Shown here: positions 1-9,435 of the stretch, in pieces
Layout of the letters: every line of letters begins with the position of its first letter
Numbering within the stretch: the stretch's first letter is position 1
Assembly: GCA_965227775.1 (NCBI GenBank)
Contig: OZ245777.1
Span: 1,280,001-1,344,000, forward strand
DNA: 64,000 nt
Direction of reading: 5' to 3'
From: Phycisphaerales bacterium
GTDB lineage: Bacteria > Planctomycetota > Phycisphaerae > Phycisphaerales > UBA1924
The notes under the pieces: model-generated
Told to the model about the DNA's origin: nothing
Database searches by the model: none
What the model saw: the letters and a program-made list of their open reading frames with translations, nothing else
Program-made: the position numbers and the translations under genes

Positions 1-172
1 GGCCCTGTCGCTGCTCGCCCGAGCCCATGGCGGGAAGGTCGAGATCGACGACGCTGACGCGGGAAAGCAGCACGAGCGAAAACACGAAGAAGGTCAGCAG
101 CAGGAAGACCACGTCGATGATGGGGGCCATCTCGATGCGCGGCTCGGCGCTGGTTCGGCGGGTCTTCAGCAC
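1..172 (-). CDS. exbD: Biopolymer transporter ExbD/TolR family protein (3' part runs off the window)
   Basis: Manual translation from GTG at 172 gives VLKTRRTSAEPRIEMAPIIDVVFLLLTFFVF, the ExbD 'PxIDVVFLLLxFF' TM motif. TACGAT -10-like box 6 nt upstream. Confidence 0.85.
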   Translation of the reverse strand, partial: MLKTRRTSAEPRIEMAPIIDVVFLLLTFFVFSLVLLSRVSVVDLDLPAMGSGEQRQG

Positions 173-277
173 GGCGGCATCGTAGAGGGACCCCGCTGGC
201 GCGTTGACGGTGGGGCCCGGCGGGCCTTCGATCCTCGGTCGGCCCAGGCAGTGTCGCCGGGCCGAGGGAGGGCGACG

Positions 278-769
278 ATGACGGTACGAATGGAGTTGTC
301 GCGCATTCTCATCCGCGAGCTGACCGACTACCAGGTCATCGAGCTGAGGGAGATGTCTGACAACGGCACCCCGCCGGACGACCTGCGGACTTTTCCAATC
401 GTCATTGGGCTTCCCGAGGCCCAAGCCATCGAGCGGCGGCTCAGCGGTGTGCCCGTGAAGCGGCCGCAGACCCACGACCTGCTGGCGAACATCCTCGACG
501 GGCTCAGCGCATCACTCGAGTCGGTGGCGATCACCGACCTTGCCGAAGCCACGTTCTACGCCGTGCTGAGCATCCGCGACAGCGAGGGCGAGATCGTGGA
601 GATCGACGCCCGGCCCAGCGACGCGATCGCTTTGGGCATCGGGTTGAGCGTGCCGATCTACGTGGCCGAGCACGTGCTCGCACAAGCGACGAGCGTGAAT
701 CCGCTCGAAGACCAGTTCGAGGCCGACGACGAGGACGAGCCGGACGAAGATGAGGGCCCGCCCTTTTGA
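278..769 (+). CDS. Bifunctional nuclease family protein (DUF151)
   Basis: FPIVIGLPEAQAI, RPQTHDLL and IDARPSDAIAL motifs. ATG at 278 follows GGGAGG. Confidence 0.9.
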   Translation: MTVRMELSRILIRELTDYQVIELREMSDNGTPPDDLRTFPIVIGLPEAQAIERRLSGVPVKRPQTHDLLANILDGLSASLESVAITDLAEATFYAVLSIRDSEGEIVEIDARPSDAIALGIGLSVPIYVAEHVLAQATSVNPLEDQFEADDEDEPDEDEGPPF

Positions 770-2070
770 TGTTGCCCCACCACGCCGGCCTGCCGCCGGG
801 GCCGACCGCCGGCGAGGAACCCGCGACGCTCTATCGCAGCGAGGGTGTGCCGGGCATCGGCGGCCTGCTGAAGCAACGCGAGGATGACTTCCTCGTCGAC
901 GAGCTGCCGCTCTACCAGCCCTCGGGCGAGGGCGAGCACCTCATGCTGTTCGTCGAGAAGAAGGGGCTTTCGACCTCGTACATGATCGGCATCCTCGCAC
1001 GGCACTTCGGTGTGCGGCCGGCCGACATCGGATACGCCGGACTCAAGGACAAGACCGCCATCACGCGCCAGCACGTGACCGTGCACGTGCCGGGCAAGCG
1101 GCCCGAAGACTTTCCCGATCTGCGCGACGACCGCGTGCGCATCTTGTGGCTCGATCTGCACGACCGCAAGCTCCGCCGAGGCCACTTGGCGGGCAACGGG
1201 TTCTCGATCCGCGTGCGCGGCGTGCACCCGCAGGGCGTGCTGCACGCGCACAAGACGCTGGCGATCCTCGAGCGAACAGGAATGGCCAATTCTGTCGGCG
1301 AGCAACGCTTCGGCCAGTGGAACACGAATCATCGGGTCGGTCGCGCGATGGTGCTGGGTGAGGCCCAGGAGGCGTGCGACCTGCTGCTGGGCCCGACACC
1401 CGACGGCGGGACGGACGAATCGCGGGCGGCGTACGCGGCGGGCGACCTCGATGCCGCGCTGGCGAAGCTACCCCACAGCGCGGAGGGCGAGCGACGCGTG
1501 CTGGGGGCACTGGTGCAGGGCAAGTCGCCCAAGCGCGCCATCGAGCGCCTGGGGCGCACCGAGACCGGCTTCATGCTCAGCGCCCTCCAGAGCGCGATCT
1601 TCAACGAGGTGCTCCGCGAGCGCATGCGTCAGGGAACGCTCGACACGCTGCTGGAGGGCGACGTCGCCGTCGTGCACGGGGCCGGACGAACAACGTTCGT
1701 CGTGAACGCAGAGGAAGCGGAGAGCCAGGATATCAAGGACCGCCTGGATCGGCTGGAGATCAGCCCGACGGGCCCGCTGTGGGGGCCGTCCATGCGGCTG
1801 GCCTCGGGCGAGCCGGCGCGCATCGAGCGGCAGGCACTCGAGAGATTCGGACTGACGCCCGAACACCTGGAGCGATTTGCCAAACGGCATCGCGGCTCGA
1901 TGGACGGCGACCGGCGGCCGCTACGCGTGCCGCTGAAGTTCCCGCAGGTCGAAGGCGGCGCCGACGCGCACGGAACCTACGTGCGGTGCGGGTTCGAGCT
2001 GCCGCGTGGTAGCTTCGCGACCGAGGCGATGGCCGAGGTCATGAAGCCCGATCGAACGCACAGCCAGTGA
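769..2070 (+). CDS. truD: tRNA pseudouridine(13) synthase TruD
   Basis: DFLVDE, YAGLKDKTAITRQ (catalytic Asp), GNGFSIRVR, GEQRFG and FELPRGSFAT motifs. Confidence 0.93.
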   Translation: MLPHHAGLPPGPTAGEEPATLYRSEGVPGIGGLLKQREDDFLVDELPLYQPSGEGEHLMLFVEKKGLSTSYMIGILARHFGVRPADIGYAGLKDKTAITRQHVTVHVPGKRPEDFPDLRDDRVRILWLDLHDRKLRRGHLAGNGFSIRVRGVHPQGVLHAHKTLAILERTGMANSVGEQRFGQWNTNHRVGRAMVLGEAQEACDLLLGPTPDGGTDESRAAYAAGDLDAALAKLPHSAEGERRVLGALVQGKSPKRAIERLGRTETGFMLSALQSAIFNEVLRERMRQGTLDTLLEGDVAVVHGAGRTTFVVNAEEAESQDIKDRLDRLEISPTGPLWGPSMRLASGEPARIERQALERFGLTPEHLERFAKRHRGSMDGDRRPLRVPLKFPQVEGGADAHGTYVRCGFELPRGSFATEAMAEVMKPDRTHSQ

Positions 2071-2702
2071 CGATCGCGCGGCCAGAGGACGTCCGCGTCG
2101 TGTGCCTCGATTGGGGCGGCGTGCTGTTGCGTATCTGCAACGGGTGGGAAGAAGCGTGTGCGGCCGCGGGTCTGCCGCTACCGAAGGTGCCGGTGGGCGA
2201 TGACGTGCGCGCCGAGAGACGCAAGCTGGCCGAGTCCTACCAACTCGGACAGCTGTCGTGCGAGGCGTACTTCCCGGCGGTTGCCGAGCTTTCGCCGGGA
2301 TACTCGGCGAGCGATATCGAACGCCTGCACGACGCGTGGCTGCTCCACGAGTACGACGGAGCGCGCGAGCTCGCGCAAGAACTCGCCGGCCACGCGAGGC
2401 TGACGAGCGCGCTGCTCAGCAACACCAACGCTCGGCACTGGACGCGTCGGGCCGAGTTCACCGCCGCCGGGACGCTCGAGCACCAGCTTGCGAGCCACGA
2501 GCATCGAGCCGCAAAGCCTGATGCGGCGTTCTATGCTGCGCTCGAGCGGGCGGTGGGGGCGTCGGGCTCGCAGATCGTGTTCTTCGACGATCTCGAGCCA
2601 AACGTCGCGGCGGCGCGGGCCAAGGGATGGCAGGCGGTGCGCATTGATCCCACGGGCAACACGATCTCGCAGGTGCGAGCGGCGCTCGCGGGCATGCTAT
2701 AA
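2067..2702 (+). CDS. HAD-superfamily hydrolase (YihX-like phosphatase)
   Basis: LDWGGVL, LLSNTN, KPDAAFY and FFDDLEPNV motifs. Start overlaps the truD stop. Confidence 0.85.
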   Translation: MTIARPEDVRVVCLDWGGVLLRICNGWEEACAAAGLPLPKVPVGDDVRAERRKLAESYQLGQLSCEAYFPAVAELSPGYSASDIERLHDAWLLHEYDGARELAQELAGHARLTSALLSNTNARHWTRRAEFTAAGTLEHQLASHEHRAAKPDAAFYAALERAVGASGSQIVFFDDLEPNVAAARAKGWQAVRIDPTGNTISQVRAALAGML

Positions 2703-2756
2703 GCAAAGAAAAGCCGCGTGCTCTCGCACGCGGCTGGGTTCGGAATCGGCTGCGGA

Positions 2757-4148
2757 TTACGGGAAGATGCCGCGGGTCTTGTACACGCGGCCGATGTGAT
2801 CGAGCGCTGCCAGATATGCGGCCGTACGCATGTCGCACTCGTAGCGCTGGCGGGCCAGCAGCGTGCGGCGGGCCGACATGCACATGACCTTGTTGAGCTC
2901 GCGGTCGACCGTCTCGACGTCCCAGATCTGGCAGGCCTTGTTCTGGACCCACTCGAAGTACGACACGGTCACGCCACCGGCGTTGCACAGGATGGCGGGG
3001 AGCACCTCGATGCCGCGGCGCTGGAGCACGCGGTCGGCGGCGGGGGTACAGGGGGCGTTGGCACCCTCGGCCACCACGCGGCACTGGAGCATCTCGGCCT
3101 CCTGCGGGCCGATCATCTGTTCGAGGGCGGCGGGGATGAACGCGTCGACGGGCGTGCTGTAGAAGTCTTCCTTCGAGATGGCGTCGGCGCCCTTGCCGTT
3201 CTTGCCCGACTCGGTGGCGGCCTTGGACTTCTCGAAGCCGGCGATGCCGTAGTGCTCGTAGCTGTACTCGCTGAGCGCGTGGGCGTCGATGCCCGTGTCG
3301 CACCGCAGCGCGCCCGAGTGGTCCATGACGGCGATGAGCGTGGCGCCCATGTCCTGCAAGATGCGAGCAGCCCACGAGCCCACGTTACCGAAGCCGAGGA
3401 TGCTGAATCGCAGGCCTTCGATGGGGATCTTGATCTGCGGGAGGATCTCGGCCATCACGTCGGCGACGCCCTGGCCGGTAGCCTTCTCGCGGCCGACAGA
3501 GCCGCCGACCTCGACGGGCTTGCCGGTGACGACACGCATGCCGTCGTAGGCGGTCTTGCTGTTGGACATCTGGTACGTGTCGGCAATCCAGGCCATGTGC
3601 TGGGCCGTGGTGCCCACATCGGGCGCGGGGATGTCGTAGTCGGGCCCGATGTCGTTCATGATGGCGCTGGTGAAGCGGCGGGTGATGCGCTCCATCTCGT
3701 CGGGGCTGTGCTTGCGCGGGTCGACCTTCACGCCACCCTTGCCACCGCCCAGGGGCAGGCGGGCCAGCGAGCACTTCATGGTCATGAGCAACGCCAGGGC
3801 CTTGACGTCATCGAGGTGGACGTCGGGGTGGAAGCGCAGGCCGCCCTTGAACGGGCCCAGCGCGTTGTTGTGCTGCACGCGGTAGCCCTTGAACAGGTGG
3901 TGGTGCCCGTCGTCGAGGCGAACGGGGAAGTGCACCATGATCTCGTTCTTAGGCTGGGCCAGGATGATCTTGACGCGGTGCTGGAGGTCGAGCATGTCGG
4001 CGGCGTGCAGCATGCTGCCGACCGTCTGCGTGTAGAGGTTGTTGGGATCCTTGGGAAACCCAAGCTCGTCGAACACCGGGTTGCGATTCTCTTCGTCGAG
4101 GGCGGGGGCACCCGCCGAGCCTTGGGTCTGCGTCGCGATCGTTGTCAT
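2757..4148 (-). CDS. gdhA: Glu/Leu/Phe/Val dehydrogenase (glutamate dehydrogenase)
   Basis: GPFKGGLRFHP, KCSL..LPLGGGKGG, DIPAPDVGT, GFGNVG, EGANAP and NAGGVTVSYFEWVQN motifs. Start placed at MTTIATQ. Confidence 0.93.
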   Translation of the reverse strand: MTTIATQTQGSAGAPALDEENRNPVFDELGFPKDPNNLYTQTVGSMLHAADMLDLQHRVKIILAQPKNEIMVHFPVRLDDGHHHLFKGYRVQHNNALGPFKGGLRFHPDVHLDDVKALALLMTMKCSLARLPLGGGKGGVKVDPRKHSPDEMERITRRFTSAIMNDIGPDYDIPAPDVGTTAQHMAWIADTYQMSNSKTAYDGMRVVTGKPVEVGGSVGREKATGQGVADVMAEILPQIKIPIEGLRFSILGFGNVGSWAARILQDMGATLIAVMDHSGALRCDTGIDAHALSEYSYEHYGIAGFEKSKAATESGKNGKGADAISKEDFYSTPVDAFIPAALEQMIGPQEAEMLQCRVVAEGANAPCTPAADRVLQRRGIEVLPAILCNAGGVTVSYFEWVQNKACQIWDVETVDRELNKVMCMSARRTLLARQRYECDMRTAAYLAALDHIGRVYKTRGIFP

Positions 4149-4767
4149 TGCTTCGGCTGCCTCACGGTGAAATCGGCGGTTCCATCCGGTGCTGGGGTCC
4201 GCCAACCCCGACGACCGCGGGATCGTCGCCCGCGTCCCGCCCATGTCTGCCACGCTACGACCGAACGGCCGATCCGTTCGTTCGTGCGGCTTGCTCACCC
4301 TTGCATATCGGCCGAAATTGCCCGGCACTGGCAAGGCCCCAGCCATCGCCGAAGGCGTGCCGGGTGGGGTGAACCCGCCGGCCTCGGCCTGCGCGTCGTG
4401 CTGAGCCGTAAGGCTAGCCGGAATGGGGCGAAAAAGCGCTGTCCGAGCAAGGCATTATCGGAGTGCGCGTGGTGCTTCAGACGTGGATTTTTGCGAGCCG
4501 GTCCGTCCGCCACCCGAACCAAGATCGGGAGCCTGCCCATAGGGCCAGCGCCTAGTATCTATTTCCGTTCCGCCGGTCCGGTATGTCGTACGCAGGCGTT
4601 GTGGTGGCGCCCCGGAACCCAGAACGAACCCAAAGCCGCCCTCGGGCGGGCCGACTCGAGCGATACGCCCGCGGGGCGTGCGAGCCGGTACGGCGGCGTG
4701 TCGATTGATCGCGGGGGCCCGGCGGCCCGAGATCGACGAGCACGACCGACTTGAGAGACGCAACTTT

Positions 4768-6504
4768 ATGGTGGACGAAACCCTGATCGCATCGCTTGGC
4801 CTGGAAGACAGCGAGGCCGAAGCGATGGTCCGTGAAGCGCTCGGCGAAGCGGTCGCCAGCGGCGACATGGACAACCTGCTGGACAACCAGATCTCCGACC
4901 TCGAGCCGGGCAAGATCATCAAGGGCAAGGTCATCGGCTTTGCCGGCGATGACGTCGTGGTAGAAGTCGGGCTCAAGAGCGAGGGCCTGGTGCCCCGCGA
5001 AGAGTTCGACGAAGAGCCCAAGATCGGCGAGACGGTCGACGTGCTGCTTCGGAGCCTCGAGGGCTCGAGCGGCGTGGTTGAGGTGTCCAAGCGCCAGGCC
5101 GATCGCCAGATCGCCTGGAACCGCATCGTCGACAACACCAAGGAAGACGACATCGTCGAGGGCAAGGTCGTCAAGCAGATCAAGGGCGGCCTGCTGGTCG
5201 ACATCGGTGTGCCGGTGTTCCTGCCGGCCAGCCAGGTCGACGTCCGCCGCCCGCACGACGTGCGCGACTTCGTGGGCCGCTCGGTCCGCGCGATGGTGCT
5301 CAAGATCGACACCGAGCGTCGCAACATCGTCATCAGCCGCCGCCGCCTCATCGAGAAGGAGCGCGACGCCGCCAAGAAGCGTCTGCTCGAGACCCTCGCC
5401 GAGGGCCAGATCGTCAAGGGTCAGGTCAAGAACCTGGCCGACTTTGGTGCCTTCATCGACCTGGGCGGCATCGACGGCCTCCTGCACATCACCGACATGA
5501 GCTGGAGCCGGGTGAACCACCCCAGCGAGATGCTCAAGGTCGACGAAGAGATCGAGGTCAAGGTCCTCTCCATCGACATGCAGAAGGAGAAGATCGCCCT
5601 GGGCCTCAAGCAGAAGGACCCCAGCCCGTGGGAGGCCATCGAGGCCAAATACCCCGTGGGCAGCCGCATCTCGGGCGAGGTGGTCAACATCATGTCCTAC
5701 GGCGCCTTCGTGCGTCTGGAAGACGGCATCGAGGGCCTGGTCCACATCTCCGAGATGAGCTGGACCCGTCGCGTGAACCACCCCAGCGAGGTGGTCAGCG
5801 TGGGCGAGCCGGTCGACGTCGTCGTGCTCGACATCGACAAGAACAAGCAGGAGATCAGCCTCGGCATGAAGCAGACCGAGGTGAACCCCTGGGAGCTGGT
5901 TGCCGAGAAGTATCCTCCCGGCACCATCATCGAGGGCTCGGTGCGCAACCTTGCCAACTACGGCGCGTTTATCGAGATCGAGCCGGGCATCGACGGCCTG
6001 TTGCACGTCAGCGACATGAGCTGGACCAAGAAGGTCACCCACCCCAATGAGATCGTCGCTAAGGGCGACGTGGTCAAGTGCGTGGTGCTCGACGTCGACC
6101 AGGAGAAGCAGCGCATCAGCCTTGGTGTCAAGCAGCTCACCGAGGATCCGTGGCTCAACGCCATCCCCGGCGCCTACCAGCCCGGCATGGTTGTCCGCGG
6201 CAAGGTCACCAAGATCACCAACTTCGGCGTGTTCGTCGAGCTCGAGGATGATCTCGAGGGCCTGCTGCACATCTCCGAGCTGGCCGACCACAAGGTCGAG
6301 GACCCGCAGGAGGTCGTCAAGGCCGGTGACGAGGTGGACGTCAAGATCCTGCGCGTCGACATCAGCGATCGCAAGATCGGCCTGAGCCTCAAGCGTGCCC
6401 AGTGGGGCGACGCCGGCGACGGTTCGTATTCGGCCGATGCCAGCCCGCAGCGCGGCGGCATGGACGACCACGACGCGATGGGCACCAACAAGATCGAGTT
6501 CTGA
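4768..6504 (+). CDS. rpsA: 30S ribosomal protein S1
   Basis: Repeated S1 domains (FGAFIDLGGIDGLLHITDMSW; YGAFVRLEDGIEGLVHISEMSW, etc.). Start at MVDETLIA. Confidence 0.97.
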   Translation: MVDETLIASLGLEDSEAEAMVREALGEAVASGDMDNLLDNQISDLEPGKIIKGKVIGFAGDDVVVEVGLKSEGLVPREEFDEEPKIGETVDVLLRSLEGSSGVVEVSKRQADRQIAWNRIVDNTKEDDIVEGKVVKQIKGGLLVDIGVPVFLPASQVDVRRPHDVRDFVGRSVRAMVLKIDTERRNIVISRRRLIEKERDAAKKRLLETLAEGQIVKGQVKNLADFGAFIDLGGIDGLLHITDMSWSRVNHPSEMLKVDEEIEVKVLSIDMQKEKIALGLKQKDPSPWEAIEAKYPVGSRISGEVVNIMSYGAFVRLEDGIEGLVHISEMSWTRRVNHPSEVVSVGEPVDVVVLDIDKNKQEISLGMKQTEVNPWELVAEKYPPGTIIEGSVRNLANYGAFIEIEPGIDGLLHVSDMSWTKKVTHPNEIVAKGDVVKCVVLDVDQEKQRISLGVKQLTEDPWLNAIPGAYQPGMVVRGKVTKITNFGVFVELEDDLEGLLHISELADHKVEDPQEVVKAGDEVDVKILRVDISDRKIGLSLKRAQWGDAGDGSYSADASPQRGGMDDHDAMGTNKIEF

Positions 6505-6532
6505 TCTCTTAGGTCCCCGCAATCAACGCAAC

Positions 6533-6558
6533 GAAGCCCGGGCGAGAGCCCGGGTTTC
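6533..6558 (+). terminator. Intrinsic terminator hairpin after rpsA (possibly bidirectional)
   Basis: GAAGCCCGGGC-GAGA-GCCCGGGTTTC stem with a GNRA loop. Confidence 0.75.
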
Positions 6559-6616
6559 TCATTGTGCGCAGCATGGCTGGTCCACGGTTCTGGCCGTTGC
6601 CAGCACCGCTTCATGC

Positions 6617-6697
6617 TCACATCAGGGCGATGAAGCTGAGGACCGTAAGGAGCATGACCCGCTTGCCGTTGTCGGAGACCTTCAGAACGCTCTTCAT
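6617..6697 (-). CDS. Putative 26-aa small hydrophobic protein (MKSVLKVSDNGKRVMLLTVLSFIALM)
   Basis: ATG preceded by GAAAGG; hydrophobic C-terminal half; lies in an otherwise empty intergenic gap. Confidence 0.35.
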   Translation of the reverse strand: MKSVLKVSDNGKRVMLLTVLSFIALM

Positions 6698-6955
6698 GGT
6701 TTTCGGCCTTTCTGCTCTTGTCGCCGGCCCGCACCCGGGACGGCTCGAAGATACTCCTTCAACCCCGGTGCCAACGGCCCGTGGGCGGCCATAACCACGT
6801 GCCAGGGGCGACAAGGGCGCGGGTACCACGCTTATCAGACGGGCCGTGGTGCCTGGGGTCAACGCCTGCGATCAACACGTTGCCGCCCCGCCTCGTGCCC
6901 AACGCCACTGGGGAACATATTTGCACCTGCATCGATTCGCCCGATAGAGGCAACG

Positions 6956-7405
6956 ATGTCCACGCCAGCACCACAGAACGACCGAGAACTCGCCGAGACC
7001 TTCACGGGGTGTCTCGCGTCGGCCATCCGCCAGGCCGATCGGCTGGTGGCGTCGGTCTTCGATGATCGTCTACGCGAGGTCGGGCTCCGGGGCACGCAGA
7101 TGTCCCTGCTCGGCATGATCGCCAAGCTCGGCAGACCTAGCCAGAGCGAGCTGGCCGACGCCACGCATACCGATGCCACGACGCTCAGCCGCAACCTCGA
7201 TCGCCTGGTCGAACGTGGACTGGCAGAGCGGATTGAGTGCGAGCAGGACCGCCGCATGCGTCGCTATTCCCTCACCACGACCGGGCGACGAACGCTCAAG
7301 GACGCCATCCCGCACTGGAAGGCAGCCCAGGAAGAGGTATCTCTCCGCCTTGGCGCCGACCTCTGCGACAAGCTCGGCCAGATCGCTCAGACGCTGAGCG
7401 AGTAG
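6956..7405 (+). CDS. MarR family transcriptional regulator
   Basis: CLASAIRQADR, GLRGTQMSLL, SELADATHTDATTLSRNLDRLVERGL and DRR..LTTTG winged-helix motifs. Confidence 0.9.
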   Translation: MSTPAPQNDRELAETFTGCLASAIRQADRLVASVFDDRLREVGLRGTQMSLLGMIAKLGRPSQSELADATHTDATTLSRNLDRLVERGLAERIECEQDRRMRRYSLTTTGRRTLKDAIPHWKAAQEEVSLRLGADLCDKLGQIAQTLSE

Positions 7406-7552
7406 CGGCGGCAAGAACCCTCGCCAAACACGATTGTGCAGTTTTCTCATAAAGAAGATGTCGATGGCGGAATATAAATGTATATGCATGTATTTGCCCT
7501 CTCGTGTGTCGCTCGTGGCGAGCACGGCACGCCAAACAGAGGAGTATCTGTC

Positions 7553-8572
7553 ATGCATCCCAGCAACCGTCGCCATCTCTTGACCGCATCTTCCGTCCTT
7601 GTCATCGTCGGTGTGGTTCCGGCGTTCGCTCTGGCCGTTGGTGGCTCGGGAGCCACCACCGAATCCTCGCCAACCTCGGTGGAGCAGTTGCCTGCCGAAG
7701 CCAGGGTGGCGTACCGCACGACGCAGATCGAGGGGCTCGACATCTTCTATCGCGAAGCAGGACCGGCCGACGCGCCGGTTGTGCTGCTGCTTCACGGCTT
7801 CCCAACCTCGAGCCACATGTTCCGGGAACTGATCCCGCAACTCGCAACCCAGTATCGCGTGATTGCCCCCGACTACCCGGGTTATGGCGAGTCGGCGACG
7901 CCATCGCGAGACGAGTACGACTACACCTTCGCCAACGCGGCAAACATCGTCGGGCAGCTCATCGATGAATTGGGTGTTGGTGAATACAGCGTGTACCTGA
8001 TGGATTACGGCGCGCCGATCGGGTATCGCCTTTTCGAGAATGAGCCGGAGCGTGTGCAGGCGTTCATCATCCAGAACGGCAACGCGTACGACGAGGGCTT
8101 GCGAGAATTCTGGGATCCGATCAAGGCGTACTGGGCCGATCGTTCCGAGGAGAACGCCGCACCGCTGCGCGAGTTCCTCACCATCGATGGCACGAAGTGG
8201 CAGTACACCCACGGCGTACGCGACGTAGAGAACATCAGCCCGGACACCTGGAACCACGTGCAGCCCAAGCTCGATCGACCCGGGAACCAGGAGATCCAAC
8301 TCGACTACTTCTACGACTACCGCACCAACGTCGAGCGCTACGACGAGTGGCAGCGGCTCTTCCGCGAGCATCAGCCGCCGACGCTCATCACGTGGGGAAA
8401 GGGCGATTTCATCTTTCCGATCGAGGGCGCACACCCCTACCAACGTGATCTCGAAGACGTCGAGCTGCACATCCTCGATACTGGCCACTTCGCCCTCGAG
8501 GAAGACGGCCATGTCATCGCAGAGTTGATGCTCGATTTCCTTGGGCGAAAGGTACCGCGAAACGACCGCTGA
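7553..8572 (+). CDS. Alpha/beta hydrolase (epoxide hydrolase/dehalogenase-like), exported
   Basis: [28 protein letters not shown] (Asp nucleophile) and TGHFALE motifs. N-terminal NRRHLL plus hydrophobic signal; GAGGAG RBS. Confidence 0.9.
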   Translation: MHPSNRRHLLTASSVLVIVGVVPAFALAVGGSGATTESSPTSVEQLPAEARVAYRTTQIEGLDIFYREAGPADAPVVLLLHGFPTSSHMFRELIPQLATQYRVIAPDYPGYGESATPSRDEYDYTFANAANIVGQLIDELGVGEYSVYLMDYGAPIGYRLFENEPERVQAFIIQNGNAYDEGLREFWDPIKAYWADRSEENAAPLREFLTIDGTKWQYTHGVRDVENISPDTWNHVQPKLDRPGNQEIQLDYFYDYRTNVERYDEWQRLFREHQPPTLITWGKGDFIFPIEGAHPYQRDLEDVELHILDTGHFALEEDGHVIAELMLDFLGRKVPRNDR

Positions 8573-8575
8573 GCA

Positions 8576-9376
8576 CTATTCGCAGCCGCGATCGAACGCG
8601 GTCTGGAACGCGAGGAAGTCGAAGATCGTGAACGACCCGTCGCCGTCGAAGTCGGCGACCGGGTCGCGCGCGTCAAACAGGGTCTGGAACGCGAGGAAGT
8701 CGAAGATGGTGAGCGCTCCGTCGCCGTCGAGATCGGCAGCGCAGTCGAGGTCGACGACGCCGTAGAGCTCGAAGGCCCACTCCTTGGGCGTCGGGTGGAA
8801 GTCGGTCATGGGCTGCCACGCGTCGAATGCCTGGCCGGCTTCGGTTACCGAGAAATTCCACTGGGCGGTCGCGTCACCGTTGGTCCATTCGGGGTGCAGC
8901 GGGGCGTTGACGGGCTTGCCCCCGCCGGGCGCACAGTGCGTGCGGAAGCCCAGGAAGTAGCGGCCCGCATCGAGTGGCACACCCACCGTCATGGAGTTGC
9001 GATAGATGGTGCCGAACGTGGCGCTCACCAGCCCGCTGGGCTCGACCGTGATCGCCGCGTCGGCTTCGCCCACGATGAGATCACCCGGCGCGCCGGTGGT
9101 GTCATCGTACTCGTAGATGTACCAGTCGCCGCCGAGGATCACCGGCGGATCGATCCACACCGAGTAGAACACGATCTCGGTGATCGTGGTCGTAGTGGGG
9201 CTGCTAATCTCAAAATCGTCTGCGGCGATGCGCAGCGAATCGGGCATGCGTACGGCGCTCGAGGCAAATCCAGTGGCTTCCAGCGCGGCGTCACCCTCGT
9301 GGTTGATCCAGAGGGCGTCCTGGGCGAGTGCGGCTGTGGGAAGCAGGCAAGCGGCGGCGAGCGTTCGTGTTCGCAT
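8576..9376 (-). CDS. Secreted protein with C-terminal GC-type dockerin domain
   Basis: Signal peptide MRTRTLAAACLLPTAALA; AADDF beta-rich domain; C-terminus CAADLDGDGALTIFDFLAFQ...GCE. Confidence 0.8.
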   Translation of the reverse strand: MRTRTLAAACLLPTAALAQDALWINHEGDAALEATGFASSAVRMPDSLRIAADDFEISSPTTTTITEIVFYSVWIDPPVILGGDWYIYEYDDTTGAPGDLIVGEADAAITVEPSGLVSATFGTIYRNSMTVGVPLDAGRYFLGFRTHCAPGGGKPVNAPLHPEWTNGDATAQWNFSVTEAGQAFDAWQPMTDFHPTPKEWAFELYGVVDLDCAADLDGDGALTIFDFLAFQTLFDARDPVADFDGDGSFTIFDFLAFQTAFDRGCE

Positions 9377-9435
9377 CGGATCGATCCTCCATGGGCTCGA
9401 CCTGACTACGCCCCCACGTGCTCGGCCGTTGCGCT

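Noticed and set aside
4552..6522. Long antisense ORFs (this one, plus 2718..4754, 11164..12690, 22071..24050, 25836..27488, 47077..48564, 50266..51894, 60462..62483)
   Set aside because: These are shadow frames of well-supported genes caused by high-GC codon bias; they have no motifs of their own.
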